This document shows positions 39,741 to 53,400 of a stretch of 64,000 nt of DNA, in pieces (the stretch's first letter is position 1; each line of letters begins with the position of its first letter). The notes beneath the pieces were generated by a model, which was given only the letters and a program-made list of their open reading frames with translations, had not been told where the DNA came from and made no database searches. The translations under genes and the position numbers were made by a program. Origin of the DNA: Octopus sinensis (lineage: Eukaryota); assembly GCF_006345805.1 (NCBI RefSeq), contig NC_042998.1, forward strand, positions 183,644,001 to 183,708,000. The letters run 5' to 3'.

Positions 39741-40147
39741 GGCGCAGGAGCGGCAGTGTGGTAAGTAGCTTGTTTACCAACCACATGGTTCCGGGTTCAG
39801 TCCCACTGCGTGGCACCTTGGGCAAGTGTCTTCTGCTATAGCCTCGGGCCGACCAAAGCCTTGTGAGTGGATTTGGTAGACGGAAACTGAAAGAAGTCAG
39901 TCGTATATATGTATATATATGTATACATGTGTGCATGTATGTTTGTGTTTGTCCCCCTAGCATTGCTTGACAACCGATGCTGGTGTGCTTATGTCCCCCG
40001 TCACTTAGCGGTTCGGCAAAAGAAACCGATAGAATAAGTACTGGGCTTACAAAGAATAAGCCCCGGGGTCGAGTAGCTCGATTAAAAGGCGGAGCTCCAG
40101 CATGGCTGCAGTCAAATGACTGAAACAAGTAAAAAAAAGAGAAAGAG
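39741..40147 (+). mobile_element. SINE family A
   Basis: Full-length copy. Confidence 0.9.
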
Positions 40148-40674
40148 TGATAAATGAATCATGAATATGGATTCAGTCCCATTGCATGGTACCTTGAGCA
40201 GGTATCTTCGAATATAGCCTCAGGTTAGCCAAAACATTGTGAGTGGATTTGGCTGACGTGAACAGAAAGCAACTTGTCATGTGTGTGTATGTGTGTGTGT
40301 GTGTGTGCATGGGTGTATATGTGTGTGTGTGCATGGGTGTGTATGTGTTTGTGTATGCTTATATGTGTGTGTGAGTATTTGTGTGTCTTTATATCTTGAG
40401 TTGTAAATGTACATCATCTTCATAGAAATGTTGTCCAGTTCCACTCTTCTGTAGAAATATGCTCAGTCAGGGGGAAAAAAATAACTCACATGGAAACAAG
40501 TGAGAGTTTGGTAAAAGGAAGGGCTTCCGGTCAGAGAAAACCTGTCTCAACTAATTCCATCCAACCCATGCAGGCATGGAAAAGCGAACGTTTAAAGAAT
40601 GACGATAATGATGATGTACACACATTATTGATTATACATATCTACACATGTACACATTTTTCTTTGCAACTCAC

Positions 40675-40926
40675 CAGGACCAAAAATTCTTGTTGCATTA
40701 CCCATCAATGGATTAATATGATAAGAACATGTGGTATGAATAGATATCACACAGAAGCAATGATACGAATTAATACTGGTAGCCAGAATAGAGTTAGGCC
40801 AAAGATGTAGTTCAGAATGACCTGAGCGGAATCGGTGCTAGCTAGGAAATCTAAGAATAGATATGCAGCTGGAGACCTTGTCAATTTTTATCACATGTTG
40901 TAGTAGAGATAGGTTAACTGACACAG
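40675..40926 (-). other. Candidate 252-nt exon (one frame open except a single TAG; ends MGNATRIFGP)
   Basis: ttcatccttcctatag| ... cctg|gtgagt; unique sequence between microsatellite-rich flanks. Confidence 0.35.
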
Positions 40927-40959
40927 CTATAGGAAGGATGAAATAGCTAAATGTACGTG

Positions 40960-41288
40960 CACACATACACACACACACACACATGTACAGTGTGTATACA
41001 GATGCACACATGAGCATTAACATTTATATGGATATACATACACATTAGTATACACATGCAGACAGATATAGATATACGGGTTTATATAAAAATAGATATC
41101 AGTACACCCATACACGTGTGTGTGGTTACATACATAGATATGTGTGTGTGAATGTGTATGTGTGTGTGTGTGTGTGTGTGCATTAATTTGCTATATGCAT
41201 AAATATAGGAACTGATGCATATATGTTTGTGTGCATATATATATATATATATATATAGGAACACATACATATGAATGAGCTTGTTTCC

Positions 41289-41319
<31 letters not shown>

Positions 41320-42010
41320 GGATCTAATGCATTTGAGTTTGCATATATATGCATATAGATATAAGAACACACATTTACTGACATATATAGAGATATATCA
41401 ATTCATACAAAAATAGGTACCAACATAGAAACGCATGAATACATGCAGATAGAAACAGAGATATACCAATTCTTACAAAAATAGCTACAAACACATACTC
41501 ACACACAAAACATACCTACATATATATATATATGTACATTAACATATGTGCAATACAGAGAGAGCAAAAAATAAATGCAAAGAAAAATAGCACACACATA
41601 CATGCATATGATTTACATATGCAAAAAAGAGATGCATATACATGCACCATAGATAGGCACATGTATACATAACTGAGAGACACATATATGCATATATGTA
41701 ACAGAATTTGCAGACACACACAGTTAACATATATATGTGCACTTCACACACACACACAGATACACACATATACACACATGCACAAACAAATATTACAGAC
41801 ACAGGTATGCTACACAATTACATATACACATCCAGGTGTACATATGTGTAAGCACACATACATGCAAATAAACTTGGATACACATACACACACACATGTA
41901 TACACAGGAACACCAACACACATGCATACATACAGAGAAGCAGGCACACACATACATACAGACACACATACACAGAATTTCTTCACAGATGCAGGTGCAT
42001 ATGTACTTAC
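40960..42010. repeat. Degenerate (AC)/(AT) microsatellite field
   Basis: Visible low complexity. Confidence 0.9.
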
Positions 42011-43113
42011 TTATATAAGTGCTCAAAATTCTACCCAAAATGTCTGATAGCAAAAACACATGAGAAAAGATGGTTTTTTATGGCACTATAAGATTTTTTT
42101 TGTTTTTATTTTTAATGATGGTCTGCAAATATGGTCTGATACAAGATTTTATCATTTATCTCTTACTTGTTTCAGTCATTGGACTGCGACCATGCTAGGG
42201 CACAACCTTGAAGGGTTTATTTAGCCAAACAGATTAACCCCAGTATTTAGTATTTTTTTAAAAAATCTGGTGCTTATTCTCTTCATCTTTTTTGCTGAAC
42301 TGTTAAGTCACAGGGATATAAACAAACCAACACTGGTTGTCAAGTGGTGGTGGAGACAAACACAAAGACAAACACACATACACACACACTTTTCAATATG
42401 TGGAACCATTAATCCCAACATTTTTTCTCTCTCTCCATTTTTTGCCTCGTCCCTTTCTGCTGAAGAGCATAGGCTTGAAATATCAAAGACTTTTCCATTT
42501 TCCCTGAACATCAAACTAATACACCTTGCCCTTTGTTCCCTCACCTGTCTGTTTTTTTTATATTTTTTGTACATTTAAACCACACACACACACATATATT
42601 TATATATGTACAATATACTGCCTGACTGGCCCTCGTGCTGGTGGCACATAAAAGCACCCACTACACTCTTGGAGTGGTTGGCGTTAGGAAGGGCATCCAG
42701 CCATAGAAACTCTGCCAGATCAGATTGGAGTCTGGTACAGCCGTCTGGTTCACCAGATCTCAGTCAAATCGTCCAACCCATGCTAGCATGGAAAGTGGAC
42801 GTTAAACAACAACAATGATGATGATGATATATTTACACATACATACACACACACACACTATGGGCTCCATAAAGTTTTTGTTTTTCCAAATTCACACAAA
42901 GCATTGGTTGGCCTGGGCTATAGCAGCAAACACTTGACCAAAGTGCAGTTCAGTGAGACTGAACCCGAAATCACATGGGTGCAAAGCGAGCTTCTTTATC
43001 ATAGAAATTATGTTTATTTTTACTGTGGCCAAGGAAGTGGGACATGCCCACAGAATGAAGACACTCTCCTGGATCATAGTGAGTTAAGACTCAGACTTCA
43101 TTGTAATACTCAC

Positions 43114-43152
43114 AGAAAAGTAACACTGGTGGTTATTTATGAGGAATTTAAC
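43114..43152 (-). other. Candidate 39-nt microexon (VKFLINNHQCYFS)
   Basis: accattctccag| ... |gtgagta; only frame 0 open. Confidence 0.25.
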
Positions 43153-43822
43153 CTGGAGAATGGTATATTAGAGGAACCCATGGAAGGAAAGAAGAAACAG
43201 GGAGTTTACAGAGTGGTCTTAGTTCCTCCTGCTCATCATGGAACAGAAGGATTCACATGATGAGAGATCTCTACCCAGCAGTGACAGAAGCTCTGTCTTG
43301 AGCCTGCTCCCAGACCAAACCAATAGCTGTCAGGTTTTCTTCAGTCCTCACCAAGACCTCGACAGCTCTGCCTCCCGACTTACACTCCTATTTCTGATTT
43401 CCAGTCATGAGTGTTCTCAAAATAACTTTTTAAAATGCTATATACAGGACAGAGGGGTTAATTGAGGTGTGGAGGTGTTGGGGAAAAGTAAGTGAAATGA
43501 ATGTATTTCAATGAAAAGGTGAAGAGACAGCAAGTTCCAAAGAACAAGTTCAGTCTTATAACTTATTAATAACAAAAATCACCAAAGGAGATAATGAGAT
43601 GCTTCTATGCAGGTGCTTGACCTGCTACAAATAGTAGAAAAAATTTCCTCAAATCAGACTCTGGTCTTCAAAAAAAGAACTATACATTTAATAATGTAGT
43701 CATAGATACATTAATTCAGGGAAAAAGCTAAGTGCTACATTGTGGGATTGAACCAAGGACCTCATGGTTGCAAACCAAACTTCTTAACCATTTGGCCATA
43801 TAGCACTTACACACACACATTC

Positions 43823-43853
<31 letters not shown>

Positions 43854-43857
43854 TATA

Positions 43858-44820
43858 TATAGTTTTTGTATGTGGTAGATGCTCAGGAGCAATAAACAGT
43901 GAAAATGTGCAGAGAACAACTTCTGCCACATTCCAAGGAGAAAAACTAGAAGTTGTTGATAGCTTCCATTACCTAGGTGACCAAGTCAGTAGTGGGGGTG
44001 GGGTGTGCTCTGAAAGTGTAGCTGCTAGAATAAGAATAGCCTGGGCAAAGTTCAGAGAGCTCCTGCCTCTGCTGGTGACAAAGCACCTCTTGCTCAGAGT
44101 AAAAGGTAGACTGTATGATGCATGTGTATGAACAGCCATGCTACATGGCAATGAAACATGGGCCGTGACTGCTGAGGACAAACGTAAGCTTGCAAGGAAT
44201 GAAGCCAGTATGAAGCCTATGCTAGAGGTGTAACCATCTCACTTATGCATACCTTTCCTTCATTGGACACTAAATTCTGCTTGTGAAAACCTGTTGAGAC
44301 AAGAGAAATCGAAATTGAAATCAAAATCAAATTTGATGACAGCACCACATGACTGGCATCTGTGCAAGTGGAGCACTAAGAGCAACATCCAAGCATGATC
44401 ATTGCCAGGGCTACTGACTGGCTCCCATGCCAGTAGCACATAAAAAGCACCATTCAAGTGTGATCATTACCAGTGTCGCCTTACTGGCACTTGTGCCACT
44501 GGCACATGACAAACAATATTCGAGCAAAGTCATTGCCAGTGCTGCTGGACTGGCCTCTGTGCAGGTGACACGTAAAAACACCATTTGAGCGTGGCCATTG
44601 CCAGTACCGCCAGACTGGCCCTCATGCCAATGGCACATAAAAGTACCCACTACACTCTCGGAGTGGTTGGCATTAGGAAGGGCATCCAGCTGTAGAAACT
44701 CTGCCAGATCAGATTGGAGCCTGGTGCAGCCATCTGGCTCACCAGTCCTCAGTTAAATCATCCAACTCATGCCAGCATGGAAAGTGGACATTAAACGATG
44801 ATGATGATGATGATGATATG
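43858..44820 (+). mobile_element. RTE LINE fragment with its tandem-repeat-containing 3' UTR
   Basis: FVCGRCSGAI...LEVVDSFHYLGDQVSSGGG...RIRIAWAKFRELLPLL...KGRLYDACV...LHGNETWA; (GAT)n tail. Confidence 0.9.
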
Positions 44821-46518
44821 TACACACACACATTCATATATATATTTATACATATGTGTACACACACACATTCATATATATATATATATATATACATATG
44901 TGTACACACACACACAAATGGGTTTCCACAATTTCCGTCTAGACTTATTTAAAGAATCACACAGTGGGATTGGATCTGGGACCATGCAGCTGCTAAGAAC
45001 TTCTTAGCCATGTAACTATGACAATGCCCACACATACACATGATGCTTTCTCTCAATCTTCTATCATGTGTCCTCATGTCCAAGATGTCCTGTTGTAACC
45101 CAACAAATGACAATTGTATCTTTTATGCTTTCCAGGGATTTTTTCATAATGAAATAGAACAAAGTATACAAAAACACAGAGAAACACTGTTTCTAATGGT
45201 TCAAAGAAAAATTGTTCAATATATCTATAAACACACAGAAGCATATATGAATACACAAATGCAGAGTAAAGATATGTTTTATTTGCGGTTGAGAATGTTG
45301 ATAAGTTTATTTTATTTTATCTATCAGCTGCTAGAACAGCTAGGGAAGGAATGAGTTTGTTTATTGTTATAATGTGGTAGTTGCTATGAGAGTCAATATG
45401 AGTTTTCACTTAAAGTGAGGGATAAAGAGGAGGTTTATTTTGGGGCAACTGTGCAGGCTGCGAGTTCAGAGACATTTGGCTGCTATTTTCAGTCATCACC
45501 CTCAGATGTATTTAGCATCTCTTAAGGATAACTTTGTGAGTCTTGGAGGCCCTGAAATGGATATGGAGCAACTGATCTTTTGCCTAAAGCATGTACAAAA
45601 AAAAAAGAAATGTAAAAAAACTAGTCACATGATCATGTAAAGGCTTCCTCATTGGATTGAGTTTCTATCTTTTTTTATTTTTTTTTACATGTGTTGAAGG
45701 AAGTGGAGTGTGGCATATAGTATTTGGGAGAACAAAGATTTCAAATCAAAGAGCTAGATAAGACAACTGACTGAGATTAATATGTTGTTCGATTGAAGAC
45801 TGGAAGTACTGCAAAAACACACAAGGTCTGCAGAGTGGTGGTTCTTGAAGTGAAAAGACACAGCATGATTGGCAACAAGCAGAGAGGTGAGCTACAACAG
45901 ATGACTTCAACCTGTCAGACTATTTTGAAGAACAGAGAAACACAAAACACTTTGAAGGACAGGAATTAGAGCCTTCCTGTAAAGAAGGATTCAAGGAAGC
46001 AGACTAGGATGCTTGTAGACAAAAGGGGTTTGCCATACCAGTATGAGAATAATTATTTCACAGTTGGGTGCATCTGGGACTTGCACAGAACGAACAGATG
46101 TTCAGTGTTGCTTTGCTTTAAAGAGAAAACCAAAACTTCCTTCATGTGGTTTTGGAAGTATAGAGAATATAAGGTTTCCAGAAGAGACTACAGATGGTGA
46201 ATTTTTACATGTGAAATGTAGGGAATCTTTTCTAAGTTAGTAGTTATAGATATCTTTCAAGAGATACAGAAGTGTTGAGCCAGCTGGAAAAACACTTGTT
46301 CAAAATATTTACATGCAAATACAAATACAAAATAAAACAGAAGAAAAAACTACTCCACCCATGCTGACATAGGAAGAAATATACATAAAATAGCAAAGAA
46401 AAAAAAAAGTTAATCGTTTTTCTCAACTCCAAGAAACAAAGGACAGTGCAGCTTATCAAAGAGTGTTGTAAACCGGTAGGAGTTATGAAACCGAGATAGC
46501 TGGATGAAGTGAGTCCAG

Positions 46519-46926
46519 GGATCTTTTCGGTTTGAACGGCAGTTTTTAAAAATAATTTCCACGTAACTAAACACTTTTAATCTTCGTATACTGGTAGAAT
46601 GTGTTTATAAAATATCTTTTTCTCTTGGCTTTATTGAGAAAATTCTATAGTTTGTAAGATATTTGTTGTTCTTTATCTGCAATTTCAACCAATCAATGAC
46701 ATCTATTGAGGTGAAAACATTCTGCGCCGTATGAATATGTCCCTTGTTTAAGAAACAGATTGGGTTTATTTACATTTGTGAAGAAAAAAAGATACCCTTC
46801 CCCCACCCCTAACCCTAACCCTAAAATAGATTGAAATGCAATAGATCGATACTAGGGTCATAATTATGGGTGACAATTTCATATGACACCGCTAGAAAAA
46901 AACTGCCGTTCAAACCGAAAAGATCT
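46519..46926. mobile_element. TIR MITE with internal TTAGGG repeats, copy 2 (MULE- or hAT-like)
   Basis: TIR gatcttttcggtttgaacggcagttttt; 8-9 bp TSD (t)gagtccag. Confidence 0.9.
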
Positions 46927-49616
46927 GAGTCCAGTTTTGGGTGGAATCGTTTATAGTCAGTCGTTAATGGTTAAGCTTTAAGCTAAAAAAAAAACAAAAG
47001 AAAACCGTACATACAGTGAAATGACAGAAGAGGCGGGAGCAAAATTTTGTTAACATTAAGGGGCCCAAAATGATGTAATGATTTTAATATATGTACAGAC
47101 CCTTTCTTCGTAGGGTTTGATTTTTTTAAAAATATTAGCCACAATGTTTCTTTTTATGGTGGACTTTTGGAATAGCTGTCCCCTTTGAACTGTCATAATT
47201 CGAGGGACACAGGAAAGGAAAAAGACACGGAAGTAGGGAGAAAAGTGAAAATGTAAATAAATTGATATTTTGGGAGACGTTTTTTTCAGAATCGTAAATT
47301 CCGTTGTATGAAACACAGGGAAACTAAAACACTAAGGAAAACCTACCCTTTTCTTTTCCAATGAGGAATAGAACTTTTCCAGACTTCCGCCGAAAGTTGG
47401 TGGGGAAAAAAAAAACAAAAAGAAACATCGCAGGATTTTAATTTTAGGGAACGCGATAACGTTAAATTGTTACGTAAATAGTGGTTTTTTAAAGAAACCG
47501 TTTCTGGAAATATCACAACAGAAGAGAAATAGAATGGTTCATGGTCCAATGATAACAAGTGCATAACATGGATGCCAAGATAAGAAACCAGATAAGTAGT
47601 TTTGGTACCATTCATTTATAAACATAGTGGGGTCGATCAAGCCTAACCAGGGAGCTTTTATGTCATCGCTCGAACTGTTTGAAGTAGCAGCCAAATAGTT
47701 CTCAAAATCACACCCGTCCGTCTTAAAAAGGGAAGGACATATCGGATAATACAAGTACAAGATTTATTACTATACGTAGGGGGAAGAAAAACAAGACGGG
47801 GACAGCCGGAATGCCACTGATCGAAGGCGTGCTCGACCACATTGTGGGGTTTACTAGAAGTATGGGCCAGTCGAATTATTGAAGAGTTAAGAAAGAACAT
47901 TATCAAATGGCACAAGGCCACATACTGAGGGGGTGGGGACTATTGTCGTTTAATCCACCCAGGTAATTTGACGGATACTTCTTCAACTCCGGGAGGAAAA
48001 GCTAGGTCAACCTTGGTGAGATTTGAACCCAAAACGTAAAATGAGTCCAACTATTCGCTGCTGCTCTTAATATTTATTTACCAATATATTATACTGTTTT
48101 GCTATTCAAACTTATCTGAATTTATCTTCTATCTCTCCAAGATCGATAAAATAAGCGATAGATCAAATAGATAAAAAAAGACACACACACACACACACAC
48201 AATCAATATAACTTACGTGTAACACCAACATCCAGGAAGCCTCTACGAGGTCGCTCGTTTTGCAAGAAATAGCAGCTCAATCTCTCTCAAACCACACCTT
48301 AATGTCTTAAAAGAAAAGGACACATTGGATATCGTAGTCCGGCGTGAACAGTGACAGAAAATATGGCATGAAAATGGCTGAAATGCCTTACAAGAACTCC
48401 GCACTATCATCATAAACTTGGGGCTAGACAACGACAAGCATGATTTCAGTAACACTACAAAACATACGAGCCTACGACGGATCCACCCTACATGGTTATC
48501 GGCCTGCTTGAAATAGCAGCCAAATTTGTCTCAACCTACCACTTCGCAACATCTTAAAAAAAAAAGACACACTAAAAATAGTACTATGAACCACTAGAAG
48601 GACCAGATGGTCTTGACCGGTACCTATTCGATAATAGAGCTGCTTGGTTAGAATTTGGCTTGGAGCTTAAACAAGAACAAGCAACATATTAATAAGACAA
48701 CAAAAGTCCATGTGACTACTTGTTCTATGTAAGCAGCCGGAATCTCTAACCAAGTTCCCACTGCCTTTAGAAAGAAATTCTCTTAAATCCACCAATGTTT
48801 CGTTCGATCGATTGTGTGTCGAGGGCTTTAGTGTAGCAGAAACAACCAGGTTACTTCATAACAACACAACACCCACACTATAACAGCAAATCATATCCCA
48901 CTATCTCACTCCCTTCACACAACACTGTGAGAATGTAACAAGACGGGTTTAAAGTTTTATGATATATTTATATCAAGTTCCACGAGGATCGTATGTTATT
49001 GAAAGTCATTAAATAAATTTATGCTATGAAACTCACCAGTCGTAAAAAGTATATTAAGTTTATGTGTAAATCATGGTATAAAAAATAGTTGTAGGGGTAT
49101 TCTCTTTCGGAAGACTATATTCTACTGCTAATAATGATTTTTTAACATGAGAACAAATCCACACATCGAGGTTTTTCTCAATGAATTCAAGGGTAAATTT
49201 TTTAAAGGGATATCGATCGGTAAACGGATGAAAAACGGACAGTAAATATTTTAACAGTATTCGAACCTGAAATGCACAGCCGCAGCTAAAGCCAGTTTAA
49301 TCAAATACCCGAACTATTTGTACCAACTCGAATGATAATGAATGTAAAGAAAATCCTCAAAAGTTTAAAATGTGTGAGAAAAATTACGAGAAGAAACAAG
49401 ATTTCATAACAGATAAAAAAAAACCAGACTTAATATACACGAAATATTTTAAAGTTGAAAAATTATGACAATAAGAATATAACATTAAATTCTTCAAATC
49501 TGGTAACACAAGTTTTCGTGTTTGTTTTGACAATTGACTAAAACAGATGTTTTTGTTTTTTAAGAGAAAACTTTTTCACGCAATAAAAATACATTATAAG
49601 GAAAAAAATAACTCAC

Positions 49617-50100
49617 CCAGCATAAAATATAAAGAAGTATTCATTAAATATACTTCTATTTATGTATGTATATAATATATAAGGAAAAGTTTGTTGTTTT
49701 TCTTTCCTTTAATAAAAGATTACTTGCTTTATCGTTGGAGTGTTGTAATGTAAGTTAGTACCACCAACGAAGAGTGGAAAGCAGTGTGAAGTGTGTTTGG
49801 CTGATATAGTCCCAGGATACGATCTGACAAGGTAAAGTGTCCCTTTATAGGGTACTTTTAGTTTACTACTACTTTTTTTTTCGTTATTTCTCTCCTTTTC
49901 GTTTTTGTTTAACTGACCCACTTCAAGTCGAGCCAACAGTATCATGAACACAGCAGAAATTGCACTAACAAGGCTATCGGGTACTTGTGTAGTGTGTATA
50001 AATGTATGAACATGTGTCTGTGTATATAAAAGAGCATACACTTTAGTATGTGAGATATATATGATTGTGTGTGTATGCCAGGAGGTGGGTTGTGTATGTG
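49617..50100 (-). other. Candidate non-coding first exon (5' boundary uncertain)
   Basis: Ends at tgg|gtgagt donor (49611-49616), next to the GC-box cluster. Confidence 0.3.
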
Positions 50101-50320
50101 TGGAAAGATTAGAGGCCAAGTAAAGGCTAGAAAAGTGGTAGGAGGGTCGTTTGCGCAGTTGTCAGTTTTTTTTCCTTTCCCACTGCCTGTTCATTGTGTG
50201 GAGAGGAGTGATTAAAAGAGAGTAAAGTGGGGCGGAGGCATACGAATGGTGGCGGTGGGTTGCTTTGGCGAGGCGGGCGGATCGGAACGAGGAGAGGGAG
50301 AGAGATCTCTAGTCTTAAAT
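50100..50320. promoter_or_regulatory. GC/CpG-rich promoter-like segment
   Basis: GGGGCGG at 50229-50235, GGCGGGCGG at 50272-50280, TGCGCA; non-repetitive; at the edge of the CpG-depleted domain. Confidence 0.5.
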
Positions 50321-50579
50321 GCATCTGTCTATTTTGCTCACGATTAAAGCTACATTAAACAACATGACTGAAAAGAAAACATCTTTTCCTCACTTTCTTG
50401 CTAACATGCAAACATACACTCCATTTAGCACACACACACACATACACTTACGAAAATGGCAAGAAAGCATTGTAGAATTTTCCAGCTTACTTAATTTATA
50501 GTATGTTCAACATTGGATAACTTGATTTCCTACATTGGTTCCTTTTTCATGAAGTGGAAGAGGGAACAGAATTTTGTCA

Positions 50580-50916
50580 TACTCTTTACTCATTACTCTT
50601 TTACTTGTTTCAGTCATTTGACTGCGGCCATGCTGGAGCACCGCCTTTAATCGAGCAACTCGACCCCGGGACTTATTCTTTTGTAAGCCCAGTACTTATT
50701 CTATCGGTCTCTTTTGCCGAACCGCTAAGTGACGGGGGTCAAACACAGACACACAAACACACTCACGCATATATATATATGCTTCTTTCAGTTTCCGTCT
50801 ACCAAATCCACTCACAAGGCTTTGGTCGGCCCGAGGCTATAGTAGAAGCAGTGGGACTGAACCCGGAACCATGCGGTTGGTAGACAAGCTACTTACCACA
50901 CAGCCACTCCTACGCC
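50580..50916 (-). mobile_element. SINE family A (internally deleted)
   Basis: Family A motifs with two short deletions. Confidence 0.9.
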
Positions 50917-52991
50917 TATTCATAATTTATCTAGAATTACTGGTGTATTTGTTGTTAGCCCTGATCAAGCTGACCTGTGATCAAAGGCGCTCCAGCTGTG
51001 ATAATACTGCCTCTTTGTAGGTGTAAAATATCTGCGACTTTACATCATCCTATGTACCCTTTTCTTTGTAAGAAAGTAGGATATGATTTGAGGGAGGTTC
51101 GGCTGCTGTTTCTAAGCATGTGAATGACTCCGTAAAGGTTCTATAATTATTGGCCCGCGAAATGGAAACTCAGCTGTGATTTCTCTCTGACAGTAACCGC
51201 TATTAAATTAATTCTTATTAGTTCATGAAATCTATGTTGTTATAGCAGCAGATATGATCCTGGTTTCAGTCATTGACAATTTTGTTTATAATAAATAACC
51301 AACACCATTCAGCGATAAATTCAGTATGTGCTAAAATACTCAAGGTAGAACTAACTGGGTTTAAAGACTCAGTAAATTAACATTAGCATCGCAATGTAAT
51401 TTATTTCAATCACTGTAAAGCTTCTAGATAAATTCTGAGTTTCGGATAAAGCACAACCCTGTTACTTTTTAAAGAAAGTTTTTTTTTTTGTTTTCTACGG
51501 TTTAAACATAAGAAATTAAGATTATGAAAAAAATAATAAATAAATAAAACAAAAATAAAAAATAAAGTCACAAATTTACTTTTCTCAGTCTCTGTTCGTT
51601 CAACTCTATCTCGAACCTCAATCCAACAACTACAACAACAACAGCAGCAGCCGTTCAAGAATTTGGACCTGGAGATCTCCATTTCCAGCGACTTCGAGGG
51701 CCACTTCCCAGTGGTGTCAGGTGTCAACGAAGAGCCCTCGACTACAACAAGACGACCAAAGTTTTTTTTTCTAAGGTCTGGGATCTTCCGCCCCTAAGCC
51801 CTAGACCATTACCTAATCACCCTTACCCGTCTTGTTGCTTAACAACAACAACAGCAGCAGTAGCAAAGTGAAAGTAAAAGTAAAAGAAATCATCATCATC
51901 ATCATTATTAAACGCCGCCGAAGTCGACGCTGTCCTTTCGGGGTGGATAAAATAACGTTAAGCGCTAAGGCCAATGTAATCGATTAGTCCGCCTCCTCAA
52001 AATAACTACTGGCTTTTGCGCCTAAATTAAAAAGGAAAAAATACTATTATTGTTTGTAGAATCGTAGACTTGTATGTTCAAAACAATTCTGCGATTACAG
52101 CAGAAGTCTGGCAACAGTTCTGCTGTAATTTCAGAATTGTTATAATTTCAGTTCCTTCTGGTATAAGTTAGTCTGTTCTATAAAATGTTGCCTGAAAAGT
52201 CTACCGCTCCCCCGTTATCGATGTTGTTTAAACTGCTCGACTAACTCTCGATATAGATCTATTTTTACTAGTAATAATAGTTTATTTTAATGTTCATTTC
52301 TTTCTTAGACCCTCTTTTATGTGAAGAATTGCAATATATTTTTCCTTTGCTTCAATAAAATCATACACAGCTGATGAATCAATGCAAAATGCCTCACACA
52401 GTTTTCACACCGAAACACTGCAGGTTATTTCCCATCACTTTCCCATATTTCTGTATCGATATGGTCCTGTGTTTATCGTTTATATCAATATCACGAACAC
52501 TTGCACTCTTTACAAGGTTAGCACATTGAGAGTTACTCAATTCGTTCCTATCATTATTGCCGTTCTCGCCCACACTTTGAAGAATTCCAACCTCCCCTTG
52601 AATGAATACGTGGAGAGGATAGATTCCTCAACCCTTTCATCTTATATACCATACCCCCTCTAGTAGTGGCTTCCAGAAAGATAAAGAAAAAAAAAAAAAG
52701 AAGAAAAAAGTCAATAGGTGTTGGAGTAACTCTACTGCTGAAAGACTGATCAGATCTATTAGTAAGAACAGGACAAAGGCAAAGAAAACATTTCTTGGTA
52801 CTGCTTATCAGACGAGCTTAATTACTTGCCATATAGTGCTTGTACCAAATATTCCGAACTAATAATGCCTTTCTTTCCAAGGCAGCCAATGGTTTTGCTT
52901 TGAAAATTATCCATTGCCTTCGATTTTAAAGTTGTTGCATATAAGATATTGCAGTTCTCTTAGTGCAGCTTGCAGTATATTGTTACTTATA

Positions 52992-53400
52992 GGCGCAGGA
53001 GTGGCTGTGTGGTAAGTAGCTTCCTTACTAACCACATGGTTCCGGGTTCAGTCCCACTGCGTGGCACCCTGGGCAAGTGTCTTCTACTATAGCCTCGGGC
53101 CGACCAAAGCCTTGTGAGTGGATTTGGTCGACGGAAACTGAAAGAAGCCCGTCGTATATATGTATATATATATAGGTGTGCGTGTATGTTTGTATGTCTG
53201 TGTTTGTCCCCCTAGCATTGCTTGAAAACCGATGCTGGTGTGTTTACATCCCCGTCACTTAGCGGTTCGGCAAAAGAGACCGATAGAATAAGTACTGGGC
53301 TTACAAAAGAATAAGTCCCGGGGTCGAGTTGCTCGATTAAAGGCGGTGCTCCAGCATGGCCGCAGTCAAATGACTGAAACAAGTAAAAGAGTAAAGAGTA
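52992..53400 (+). mobile_element. SINE family A (reference young copy; octopus OK/OR-like)
   Basis: ggcgcaggagtggctgtgtggtaag (A-box-like), gggttcagtccc (B-box-like), internal (TA)/(TG), tail (gagtaaaa)n. Confidence 0.92.

Noticed and set aside
40748-40850. GPI-signal-like peptide FLASTDSAQVILNYIFGLTLFWLPVLIRIIASV* on the minus strand
   Set aside because: Alternative frame of the 252-nt exon candidate; no upstream coding exons found to support it.
45760-46280. Unique-looking segment, possible exon or LTR-integrase tail
   Set aside because: Stops in all long frames, motif similarity too weak, no clean splice pair.
51694-51741. HDV/CPEB3-like ribozyme
   Set aside because: Only superficial word matches; the nested double pseudoknot could not be built.
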